DNA from: Bdellovibrionia bacterium
GTDB lineage: Bacteria > Bdellovibrionota > Bdellovibrionia > Bdellovibrionales > JAGQZY01
Reading direction: 5' to 3'
Assembly (NCBI GenBank): GCA_030427805.1
Contig: JAUICP010000006.1
Location: 138,364 to 202,363 of the forward strand
DNA length: 64,000 bases
A program made the translations under genes and the position numbers. Each line of letters starts with the position of its first letter. Position 1 is the stretch's first letter. Below, piece after piece: positions 56,269-64,000 of the stretch. The notes under the pieces are model-generated. The model was not told where the DNA came from. It worked only from the letters and a program-made list of their open reading frames with translations, and did not search any database.

Positions 56269-57075
56269 TTATCGCAAGCGAAAGCGGCGTGGAGCCGGAG
56301 GACGGTTAGAAGGAAGTTCGTAAAGAAATTCTAAACGAGGAAGATCAGACTCATTCACCTCACTCGTTTTCGTAACCTTAATCACGGTCGGACGACTAAA
56401 ATCAAAATCTCCCGTTGCTGTTAGAGAACCGACGAGGGCCTCAACATCAAGACCTGGAATTGCTGAAAGGATATCTAAAATAGAAACGATGCCATTTGGA
56501 GTTTCGATTTCGAGTTTAGCAAAATTACTGTGTATATAAAATTCTCCACCGACTTTTAAAAGAGAAAGTGATTGCCGAAGGTAGTATTCGAGATCGTGAG
56601 TGTAAGTAAAAATCCCCATTAAATCTGTCATTAAATCGGTTGAAGGAACTTCACTCAGATCCATTTCTTCAAAAGCGCCAGCAATATACTGAGACGGATA
56701 GTGCTCCATCATTACTGCAAAGGCAGGAGGCTCCAGAAACCCTAAAGCTGTTGTCTGTCCTCGTCCCCTTCGCATGTGGTATTCCATTATAGCTCGGCCT
56801 TCTCCAGCTCCCAGGTCGAGCCAGTGCTGATCGGCCCTTAGAGAAAGAAGGATATTTGATAAACCCGGAAAGAAATCAAAATAGTCCTCAAGACTTCGAT
56901 GGGTTACGTAGGAGTTGTTAGCTTCTTCTCGAACATAGATTGATAGGCTAGTCTCCGCAAAATGCCTCTCACAGGACCTGATCGCCTGGGCCTCTGACCG
57001 AGGGAGCAAAACCAAGAGCCCGAGAATTAAAATAAGAATGTTCCCGCAGGAATTTAGTCTAACAAAGCATTTCAC
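56269..57075 (-). CDS. class I SAM-dependent methyltransferase-like protein with an N-terminal signal/anchor sequence
   Basis: Motif I HWLDLGAGEGRAI and a later LLKVGGEFYIH. The N-terminus NILILILGLLVLLPRSEAQA resembles a signal peptide. GTG start without an SD, 30 nt after the rpsA terminator. Confidence 0.65.
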   Translation of the reverse strand: MKCFVRLNSCGNILILILGLLVLLPRSEAQAIRSCERHFAETSLSIYVREEANNSYVTHRSLEDYFDFFPGLSNILLSLRADQHWLDLGAGEGRAIMEYHMRRGRGQTTALGFLEPPAFAVMMEHYPSQYIAGAFEEMDLSEVPSTDLMTDLMGIFTYTHDLEYYLRQSLSLLKVGGEFYIHSNFAKLEIETPNGIVSILDILSAIPGLDVEALVGSLTATGDFDFSRPTVIKVTKTSEVNESDLPRLEFLYELPSNRPPAPRRFRLR

Positions 57076-57105
57076 AGAAAGAGAAAGTTCAAATTAAGTA
57101 CCAAT

Positions 57106-57135
57106 AAAAAAAGCCCTGTTGTTTCCAACAGGGCT
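57106..57135 (-). terminator. intrinsic terminator of rpsA
   Basis: The minus strand reads AGCCCTGTT-ggaaac-AACAGGGCT followed by TTTTTTT. Confidence 0.85.
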
Positions 57136-57153
57136 TATAATATTTAAGAATAC

Positions 57154-57188
57154 TGACGCAGTATCGCTACCAAAAGGAAGCTTCTACC
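57154..57188 (-). repeat. 35-nt motif, copy 3, inverted (minus strand reads GGTAGAAGCTTCCTTTTGGTAGCGATACTGCGTCA)
   Basis: It begins immediately after the rpsA stop codon (57189..57191). The first 23 nt are identical to copies 1 and 2, and 8 of the remaining 12 match. Confidence 0.9.
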
Positions 57189-58970
57189 TTAGTCTTTTTT
57201 GAAGCCTTCGAGAGCGTCGCCGAACATCTCACCAAAAGTGGTTTTAGATGTTGAAGTGGCTTTTTTGATGTACTCGTCAACATCGCCTTTTTCTTGGCGA
57301 AGTTTAACAAGCTTAGCACTCAAGCCGATTTTGCGAGCGTCGCTATCGATAGTGATAACTTCTGCTTTAATAGTGTCACCAACATTACAGAAATCTTCTG
57401 GCTTATTGATTCGATCCGTACTGAGTTCAGAAATATGAATCAGACCTTCGATATCTGCCTCGAGTTCAACAAAAACTCCGAAGTCTGCAGTCTTAGTGAC
57501 CTTAACATCGTGCTGTGAACCAACAGAGTATTTTTGATCGATATTAGCCCAAGGATCTGCTTCTAGTTGTTTGATACCAAGAGAGAATCTCTCGTTTTCA
57601 GTATCAACACCGAGAACAGCGGCACGGACTTTATCACCCTTTTTGAACATTTCGCTCGGGTGTTGTACGCGCTTCGTCCAAGAGAAGTCAGAAATATGAA
57701 CGAGTCCGTCAATTCCGTCTTCGATACCTACGAAGATACCGAAGTCAGTGATCGACTTCACTTCACCTTCAATAATAGTTCCTGGAGGATAGGTTCCACC
57801 GAGTTCATCCCATGGATTCGGCATTAATTGCTTCATACCAAGAGAAATTCTGCGGTTTGTGCTATCCACTTCGAGAACGATCACATCAACTTCATCACCA
57901 ACATTTACAACTTGTGAAGGATGTTTTACTCGCTTCGTCCAAGACATTTCAGAAACGTGAATGAGACCTTCGATTCCATCGCCGAGTTCAACAAAAGCAC
58001 CGTATTCAGCAAGTGAAACAACTTTACCGTGGAGACGAGTGTCTACAGGGTATTGAGCTTTCGCTGCTTCCCAAGGATCTTCTTGGAGTTGCTTCAAGCC
58101 GAGGCTAACGCGCTCACGCTCGTTATCGTACTTAAGAACTTGTACGTCGATTTCATCGCCCACATTAAGGATTTCAGATGGGTGCTTAACGCGGCCCCAG
58201 CTCATATCAGTAATGTGAAGGAGTCCATCCATTCCACCGAGATCAATAAATGCACCGTAGTCAGTGATATTTTTAACAATACCCTTAACCTGGCTACCTT
58301 CTTTCATTGTATCGATAGTTTGGTTACGTAGATTTTCTCTTTCTTCTTCAAGAAGAGCTCGTCGAGAAAGAACAATGTTTCCACGTTTCTTATTGAACTT
58401 AATAACTTTGAATTTATAGGACTTACCAATGTAAGCATCCATATTGCGAACTGGTCGTAAATCGATTTGAGATCCAGGCAAGAAAGCTTTAACACCGATA
58501 TCGACACTCAAACCACCTTTAACTTTAGAGATGATTGTACCTTCGATAAGCTCTTCGCTTTCAGCTGCGCGAGAAATATCATTCCACACGCGAAGCATGT
58601 CGGCCTTCTCTTTAGAGAGGACTGCCATACCGTTTTCGTTCTCAATCTTTTCGATGTAAACTTCAACTTCGTCACCAGGACTAATTTGAGTTTTACCTTC
58701 AACGACACGAAATTCTGAGAGGTCGATTAAACCCTCTGACTTATAATTAATGTCGACGAGGACATAGTCCGATTGAACTTCGATAACTCTACCAGTGACA
58801 ACGTCACCAACCTTAAAGTCTCGATTTTGTAAGGAACCTTCAAAAAGTTCTTTAAATTCGCCTTCTCTCGTTTCCTCTTGTTTGTCTTCCCCCTCGTCAA
58901 GCAGGGCAAGAATCTTCTGCCGCTCGATTTGGGCCTTAGTTAGATTCTTGGTGTTCTGATTATCAGCCAT
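57189..58970 (-). CDS. rpsA: 30S ribosomal protein S1
   Basis: 593 aa with six S1/OB repeats (recurring G..V.G.V..I...G.FV.L..G..GL.H.SE). Confidence 0.97.
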   Translation of the reverse strand: MADNQNTKNLTKAQIERQKILALLDEGEDKQEETREGEFKELFEGSLQNRDFKVGDVVTGRVIEVQSDYVLVDINYKSEGLIDLSEFRVVEGKTQISPGDEVEVYIEKIENENGMAVLSKEKADMLRVWNDISRAAESEELIEGTIISKVKGGLSVDIGVKAFLPGSQIDLRPVRNMDAYIGKSYKFKVIKFNKKRGNIVLSRRALLEEERENLRNQTIDTMKEGSQVKGIVKNITDYGAFIDLGGMDGLLHITDMSWGRVKHPSEILNVGDEIDVQVLKYDNERERVSLGLKQLQEDPWEAAKAQYPVDTRLHGKVVSLAEYGAFVELGDGIEGLIHVSEMSWTKRVKHPSQVVNVGDEVDVIVLEVDSTNRRISLGMKQLMPNPWDELGGTYPPGTIIEGEVKSITDFGIFVGIEDGIDGLVHISDFSWTKRVQHPSEMFKKGDKVRAAVLGVDTENERFSLGIKQLEADPWANIDQKYSVGSQHDVKVTKTADFGVFVELEADIEGLIHISELSTDRINKPEDFCNVGDTIKAEVITIDSDARKIGLSAKLVKLRQEKGDVDEYIKKATSTSKTTFGEMFGDALEGFKKD

Positions 58971-58992
58971 AGCGTAAATTTGTACCTCCTCC

Positions 58993-59013
58993 GGCCACAG
59001 GCGAACCTGTGCC
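58993..59013 (-). promoter_or_regulatory. stem-loop abutting the rpsA Shine-Dalgarno
   Basis: The minus strand reads GGCACAGG-ttcg-CCTGTG(G)CC, immediately followed by GGAGGAGG and then 14 nt to the ATG. Confidence 0.35.
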
Positions 59014-59067
59014 TAATAGAATTTCTCAATATAGGGACGCATTGCCACAATTTTTTGAGAGAGGCTA

Positions 59068-59095
59068 TTTATAGAGCCTAAATGCCTAAAGTCAA
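59068..59095 (-). promoter_or_regulatory. candidate sigma-70 promoter of rpsA
   Basis: The minus strand reads TTGACT, then a 16-nt spacer, then TATAAA, about 100 nt upstream of the rpsA ATG. Confidence 0.45.
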
Positions 59096-59167
59096 AGAGA
59101 AATCTGATAAATATCTGTGAACTCAAATGGAGGGCGATTTGAGTCAGGAATCGGGAAAATTTTCCCT

Positions 59168-59830
59168 TTAGATCCGACCCTTGAGTTCACTTTCAATGCG
59201 CGCGACAACCTCATCAAAACCGAGGCTCGAGGTGTCAATAACTAGAGCATTTTCAGGTACTTGCATGGGGGCTGAGGCCCTGGAAGCATCGCGCTCATCG
59301 CGAAGTTTTTGCTCCTCAACGGTGGACTCCAATTCAAGCCCTTGCTCTTTAGCTCGGCGCTTTGCCCGATCTTCACTTCGGGCCGTTAAATAGACCTTGA
59401 GAATCGCTTCCGGAAAGACGACCGTACCACAATCTCGGCCCTCGGCGATCAAGCCCGGAGGCTGAAGACTGCAATCCCTCTGCGCCTGCAGAAGTGCGGC
59501 TCTGACTTCGGGGTATTGACTGATAATACTGGCAATAGACCCAGTTTTTTCGCTATTAATTTCGGCTGTCACATCCTTCATTTGATAGATGACAGCGGTT
59601 TTTTCTGAGGTCATTTCAACAGACCAACAATCTGATTTTGCTAACTTAGCGAGGGCTTTTTCATCTTGAGAAGGTGTTCCCTCTTGCATGGAGACATAAG
59701 CAAGGCCCCGATAAAAAGCACCGGTGGAAACCCAATTCCAGGCCAAATGCTTTGCAATTTCGCGGCTCACCGAAGACTTACCACTGGCCGCAGGCCCATC
59801 AATTGTGATGACTGGATTAGTTAAGCTCAA
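59168..59830 (-). CDS. cmk: cytidylate kinase
   Basis: ITIDGPAASGKSSVSREIA (P-loop), ...EGRDCGTVVFP... It is adjacent to rpsA, a conserved pairing. Confidence 0.93.
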   Translation of the reverse strand: MSLTNPVITIDGPAASGKSSVSREIAKHLAWNWVSTGAFYRGLAYVSMQEGTPSQDEKALAKLAKSDCWSVEMTSEKTAVIYQMKDVTAEINSEKTGSIASIISQYPEVRAALLQAQRDCSLQPPGLIAEGRDCGTVVFPEAILKVYLTARSEDRAKRRAKEQGLELESTVEEQKLRDERDASRASAPMQVPENALVIDTSSLGFDEVVARIESELKGRI

Positions 59831-60951
59831 TGGGACTCCTCAGGTAGAATATCGAGTACTTCTTTTATACGCTTCATAGCAAATTGATTTTCAGATTCCA
59901 AGCCCACACTCAGGCGAATATGCCTCGGCAGCCCGTATCCCGCCATGGGGCGAACAATCAGCCCCTTTTTCAGGAGCTCTTCGGTAAACTGGCCACCATT
60001 TCGACGACTATCAAACAAAACGAAGTTAGCTTCAGAGCGAATAAACGGAAGACTCAAACTTTCCAGCTCATTATAAAAATAATCGAGCCCCGCCCAATTT
60101 GTTTGTTGGGCTTTCTGCAAATAATCTTGATCGTCAAGAGCCGCAAGAGCTGCCACTTGTGCCAGTGAATTGACATTAAAAGGATTGCGAACTCTGTGGA
60201 TATAATCGCAATGTTCGGGGTGAGCAATCATATAGCCGATGCGAATTCCCGCCAAGCCATAAACCTTACCCATTGTTCGCATATTCACCACGTGCTTGTA
60301 TTTTTTTACAAGCTCTAGAGCATCGGGGTAATCAGGGGCCCTTACGAATTCATTATAGGCTTCATCGAGAATCACCATGAAGTTGTCGCGGCCTTTTGTC
60401 GCTTCACAGATTCGAAGAATCTCTTCATTCCCCATGTAACTCCCCGTCGGATTATTGGGATTCGCAATAAAAAGAACGCGATCTTTTGGGTCATTTGTAG
60501 TTTCAAAATACTCGGCAATACCCGAAGCATCGATCTTTAAGTCATTGCCCATGGCAAATTCTTTTGTTTCGACTCGAGCCGCTTGAGCGCATATTTTATA
60601 GGCAATAAATGATTTGTCAGACATCAATACCCGTGAACCGGGCTCACAAAATACTCTTATAACCAGGTCGATGAGTTCGTTGGAGCCATTGCCAAACACA
60701 ATCTGATTTTTATCAATTCCCAGCTTGCCACTGAGCTTTTCACTCAGCTGAAAGCAGCTGGCATCAGGGTAGCGATGAATTTCGGGAAGAGCTTCTTGAA
60801 TCGCGCTTAAGACCTTGGGGCTGGGACCGAGGGGGTTTTCGTTACTGGCGAGTTTAACAACCTCAGTCAAATTGTAATCCCTCTTGGTCTCTTCAATTGG
60901 CTTACCCGGTTTGTAGGGAATCAAACTACGGATTTCTTCAGAAACTTTCAC
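59827..60951 (-). CDS. hisC: histidinol-phosphate aminotransferase (class II aminotransferase)
   Basis: LASNENPLGPSP, NPNNPTG, LDEAYNEF, and the PLP-Lys context TMGKVYGLAGIRIGY. Start taken at the GTG at 60951 (AAGGAG 9 nt upstream). The ORF track opens at 60993. Confidence 0.88.
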   Translation of the reverse strand: MKVSEEIRSLIPYKPGKPIEETKRDYNLTEVVKLASNENPLGPSPKVLSAIQEALPEIHRYPDASCFQLSEKLSGKLGIDKNQIVFGNGSNELIDLVIRVFCEPGSRVLMSDKSFIAYKICAQAARVETKEFAMGNDLKIDASGIAEYFETTNDPKDRVLFIANPNNPTGSYMGNEEILRICEATKGRDNFMVILDEAYNEFVRAPDYPDALELVKKYKHVVNMRTMGKVYGLAGIRIGYMIAHPEHCDYIHRVRNPFNVNSLAQVAALAALDDQDYLQKAQQTNWAGLDYFYNELESLSLPFIRSEANFVLFDSRRNGGQFTEELLKKGLIVRPMAGYGLPRHIRLSVGLESENQFAMKRIKEVLDILPEESH

Positions 60952-61013
60952 AGGGACTTGCTCCTTTTTAAAATGAATGGCTATATGTAGCAATAGTCGC
61001 GCGAGGATTCAAG

Positions 61014-62306
61014 ATGGAGCCAACTTTTGGACTAAGTTTAGAAACCGACTTTATCGAGGTCAGTGGCCCCGATGGTTTCCACCGCCGATATCGTTGGAAT
61101 CATACGGCTCTGCCAAAAGAAATGATCTCGGATATAAAAACGCATTGCGACGCAACTCCTCGAATTCAAGTCTTGCCCCCCCCTACGGAGTCATTCGTTA
61201 TTCGAGGGCAAATTAAATGCCCTGCCCTCATAACGACTTCGGGTATGGAACATTGGCTCGATCTTCAAGGGCGCTACCAAAATCAAATCCCGAGTGATTA
61301 TATTTCCTATGTCGACACCCATGACCGAGTTTTTCCGGTTTTTGAGAGAACGTCCGCAACGGGCGATATACTTAAACCTTTAGATTTAGAAGAACTCGAA
61401 GCGCTCCATTCAAAATTTGAGATGGAAAAAGTTGAGACGATTGCCATTTGTTTTCTCCATAGCACCGAAAATAGTACAAACGAAAATCAGGCCTATACCT
61501 TTTTTAAAGAAAAAGGTTACCAAGTCTTTAAGTCCTGCGACTGGGATAATTTTAAAGATGAAGTGGTTCGCTGGTCCCAGTGCCTCAGGACAAGTTTTAC
61601 TGCGAGTTTGTTAAGTGAGGATTTAAAAGTTATCGAAGGTCTCGAAGGAGAGAGTTCATCTTTAGATATCATTGGCGCCACCGATCTGGCAGGAAGCAAT
61701 GAATTAAGCTTCTTTCCTCTTTTAGAGAATTGGTTTAAGAAGAGTCACCTTGTTCACGACTTTGCTTACTTTGGTTTCGACGAGTTCTTTTATGCGATTC
61801 GCAGTGAAGCCGGCCCCCATGTACAGAAGTTAAAAATCCAGGCTTCTAGCCCGGTCTCCCACAGCATTTGGGGGCAGGCCATGGTTAATGTGGCGATCCC
61901 AGGTTCGAGTTCCATACTTCTATCGCCCTCCCTACGCCCCAATGTCTTTGATGTTCTAATTTTAGGAGCACAGGCAAAAGACAGGCCCGATATTTTTGAT
62001 AGTTTCGATTTTGCAAAACTTCAAAATCGTTTCCAAGAAATTTTATTTTCTTTTTCTAGCTCTGAAAAATCAAAAACGTCGAGTATTATCGAAGACCAAT
62101 CCCAGCTAGAAAAATCCGTTTACAGTTTTATCCTCAATGAAATTCTGCTCAATAGAATGGGTGACCAAATACACATTGCCGGTCCGCTGGCATCAATAGT
62201 AAAACGAGGAATAGAGTCTTTAAAACCACCTTTTGAATTGGAGCTTGTTGAAAACTATGCTTTCTTTAAAAGCCAGTTACTCAGCTCCGGAGGTAATCAA
62301 GATTGA
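61014..62306 (+). CDS. hydantoinase/oxoprolinase A-like protein, strongly diverged
   Basis: IAICFLHSTENSTNENQAYTFFKEKGYQVFKSCD resembles the Hydantoinase_A N-terminal domain (vAvcllhSy.np.hE). The expected GGT(S/F)TD phosphate loops appear degenerate (LSLETDFIEV, YFGFDEFFYAI). Confidence 0.55.
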   Translation: MEPTFGLSLETDFIEVSGPDGFHRRYRWNHTALPKEMISDIKTHCDATPRIQVLPPPTESFVIRGQIKCPALITTSGMEHWLDLQGRYQNQIPSDYISYVDTHDRVFPVFERTSATGDILKPLDLEELEALHSKFEMEKVETIAICFLHSTENSTNENQAYTFFKEKGYQVFKSCDWDNFKDEVVRWSQCLRTSFTASLLSEDLKVIEGLEGESSSLDIIGATDLAGSNELSFFPLLENWFKKSHLVHDFAYFGFDEFFYAIRSEAGPHVQKLKIQASSPVSHSIWGQAMVNVAIPGSSSILLSPSLRPNVFDVLILGAQAKDRPDIFDSFDFAKLQNRFQEILFSFSSSEKSKTSSIIEDQSQLEKSVYSFILNEILLNRMGDQIHIAGPLASIVKRGIESLKPPFELELVENYAFFKSQLLSSGGNQD

Positions 62307-63769
62307 GTCGAGCTACGAATAAAAGTATTCAGCTACAAAATCTGCTCGATCGAATTCTTGATTCGACCCACCGCTTTTGTTTTTGCGATGACCTCGGGCA
62401 AATTATCTCGGCAAAACCGAGCCTTCCTTTAGATCTTATGGCTATGGCTCAAGCGGGCAAGTTGGTTAAGGATTATTTAAAACCTTCAGATGGCGACATC
62501 ATACTCACCAATGATCCCGAAATTTCTGGTTGTGGTCTCAGTGAATTCGTTGCCATATTGTATTTTCAAGCGAGCCCTAAATCTAAAGAGTTGTTTTTTA
62601 TTTGTGAGAAATTTTTAGCAGGTGATCTTATTTGGGAGGGAATGGATAAAGATTCTTCGAATCAAAGCCTCCCACCTGTTCCCGTCTTTACTAATGACGA
62701 ACTCCAAGCACCGATGCTCGATGCCATGGAAGCAGGATTTGGTTCACACTTCAAAGACAGAGTCTTGTCGAGCATTAATCGCCTACAAACAATACGCCTA
62801 CAACTTTTTGACCTGAGCCTATGGAATCCCCAGCTTTTTGAAAAAAGCTCCATCGAAGCTCTATTTCGATCGACTCTCATGACAACCCATGAATCCATGG
62901 AAGAGTTTCGATTTGAGGAACAGAAGCTCAGCAAAACTTTTATGGGCAGCCGATTGCAAATGAAATTGCAAAAAGAGGAACAGGTTCACATTGATTTTAA
63001 TCGATGCGAACTCAATTCACCTTTTACTTTTGACGATACCGACTACTTAAGCTGTGCAAGTCTGGCTTTAGTCTACGCACTCGGAGGAGACATTCCTCTA
63101 AATCATGGCTTGCTTTCATACTTGAGTATAAAACCGCCGCGGACCAAGAGCGAAAAGAGAACTGCCAGCGGAAACTCGCTAACACAACTCCTCATGGCTC
63201 CACTCGTTTGCGAATTGATTCTCACTATGCTCAATCAAATCCACCGCGAAGGAATTACCGCGAGCAATGCGTGCTTGCCTTTGCTAGCCGGTCTCGAGTT
63301 CGCCAATGGACAATCCTTTTCAAGACCTTTTCTCGGTGGTGGCGGCGCTAGTCTACACCTGCATGGCAAAAGGGGTTGGAACCCTTGGCTTAAGGATTTT
63401 GCCACTCTTTCGATCGAGTATTTAGAGAGTCACTATCCCCTCCGGGTAGGCGGTGTGGTTTCGCGCCCCCAATCAGGTGGCCGTGGTGAAAAGAATGGTG
63501 GCGAAGGACTCTCGTGGACTTTTCATCTTACCGAGGACGGAACGCTTAATTGGATCCTCGCAGATCAAGGCATCAAAATCGATGGATTTAAAGGCGGCAA
63601 GCAGGGGCAAATGAGTCAGCTCAAGCTTATTCGTGACAAGAAAGATATTCTTGAAGGTGTCGAACTTTCTGAAGTTGGCACTATTGATTTTAAAGCCGGC
63701 GATAGCCTCAAAATTCTGACCGCCGGCGGAGGTGGCTTTCTCCCTCCTCCGACGAGTGATCATATTTAG
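62303..63769 (+). CDS. hydantoinase B/oxoprolinase-family protein, diverged
   Basis: TNDPEISGCGLSEF..., GGGGASLHLHG, LESHYPLRVGGVVSRPQSGGRGEKNGGEGL, and the C-terminal AGGGGFLPP follow the HyuB pattern. The start overlaps the upstream stop (TTGA). Confidence 0.7.
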   Translation: MSRATNKSIQLQNLLDRILDSTHRFCFCDDLGQIISAKPSLPLDLMAMAQAGKLVKDYLKPSDGDIILTNDPEISGCGLSEFVAILYFQASPKSKELFFICEKFLAGDLIWEGMDKDSSNQSLPPVPVFTNDELQAPMLDAMEAGFGSHFKDRVLSSINRLQTIRLQLFDLSLWNPQLFEKSSIEALFRSTLMTTHESMEEFRFEEQKLSKTFMGSRLQMKLQKEEQVHIDFNRCELNSPFTFDDTDYLSCASLALVYALGGDIPLNHGLLSYLSIKPPRTKSEKRTASGNSLTQLLMAPLVCELILTMLNQIHREGITASNACLPLLAGLEFANGQSFSRPFLGGGGASLHLHGKRGWNPWLKDFATLSIEYLESHYPLRVGGVVSRPQSGGRGEKNGGEGLSWTFHLTEDGTLNWILADQGIKIDGFKGGKQGQMSQLKLIRDKKDILEGVELSEVGTIDFKAGDSLKILTAGGGGFLPPPTSDHI

Positions 63770-63837
63770 AAGCTTAATTCGTATTATAATGAGACATCTC
63801 AATTTAAGATCTGGTGTTAGACTTCCGATAAAAACTA

Positions 63838-64000
63838 ATGATCTTACGGGCTTTTATCTTTATTTTGCTTATAATACTCCCCACATTGGGGACAGGCCTT
63901 CCCGTGAAAAATGTGGAAAAGTCAAAATCGCAAACTGCCAAGGATTTAATTGAGTTTAGTCAATTAGCGCGACTTCACTCTAAACATCGCAAAGCTTATA
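63838..64000 (+). CDS. possible exported protein, N-terminal fragment (runs off the window)
   Basis: Hand translation: MILRAFIFILLIILPTLGTGLPVKNVEKSKSQTAKDLIEFSQLARLHSKHRKAY... The frame stays open to the window edge and the N-terminus looks like a signal peptide. It competes with the ORF-track frame 63732..63953. Confidence 0.4.
   Translation, partial: MILRAFIFILLIILPTLGTGLPVKNVEKSKSQTAKDLIEFSQLARLHSKHRKAY

Noticed and set aside
1-64000. A search by eye for CRISPR arrays, tRNA/rRNA genes, IS elements, integrases, reverse transcriptases and toxin-antitoxin or defence gene signatures.
   Set aside because: None found. There are no regularly spaced direct repeats. There are no GGTTCGAATCC-type T-arms in the intergenic gaps. 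I recognised no DDE, tyrosine- or serine-recombinase motifs in the ORF track. A tRNAscan, Infernal or defence-finder run would be needed to exclude them formally.

Overview
This is a 64-kb chromosomal window from a moderately AT-rich Gram-negative bacterium. I support about 62 protein-coding genes. Most are tightly packed housekeeping or cell-envelope genes, and many have 1-4 nt start/stop overlaps. Recognisable blocks:
- ppiD-like, then mreC-mreD-mrdA-rodA, then trxA
- kdsA plus an LptF/G permease, and lpxC
- dprA and a split comEC
- ald, ruvC-ruvA-ruvB, efp
- a TamB-like gene followed by an Omp85 gene
- rsmB-like, nrdR-nusB, a PpsR-like gene, a LysR regulator beside an S8 protease
- an M16 peptidase pair, fliL, an L,D-transpeptidase
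- rhomboid, a HIT protein, rpsA-cmk-hisC
- a diverged hydantoinase A/B-like pair

The protein repertoire includes a REC-DUF4388-J-domain fusion, a hyperacidic LysM protein, and many secreted proteins or lipoproteins with polybasic tails. It is reminiscent of Bdellovibrio-like, Oligoflexia or delta-type lineages, but that is inference only. Reading by eye, I found no rRNA, tRNA, CRISPR array, transposase, integrase or obvious defence or toxin-antitoxin genes.

Signals most worth a second look:
1. A ~420-bp foldback at 20014-20432. It consists of two ~165-bp inverted arms with block-wise conservation.
2. A 35-nt motif present three times (54010, 55432, and inverted at 57154). It brackets four uncharacterised genes. 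The copy in the rpsA 3' UTR is complementary to the upstream regions of two downstream transcription units.
3. A 1166-aa secreted protein (48599-52099) with a polybasic N-terminal region, a Cys-rich core and three ~80-aa four-Cys tandem repeats.
4. A REC-DUF4388-J-domain-TPR fusion converging on a pseudo-receiver.
5. comEC split into two reading frames.

All functional calls come from motifs I recognised in the supplied translations. No database search was run.
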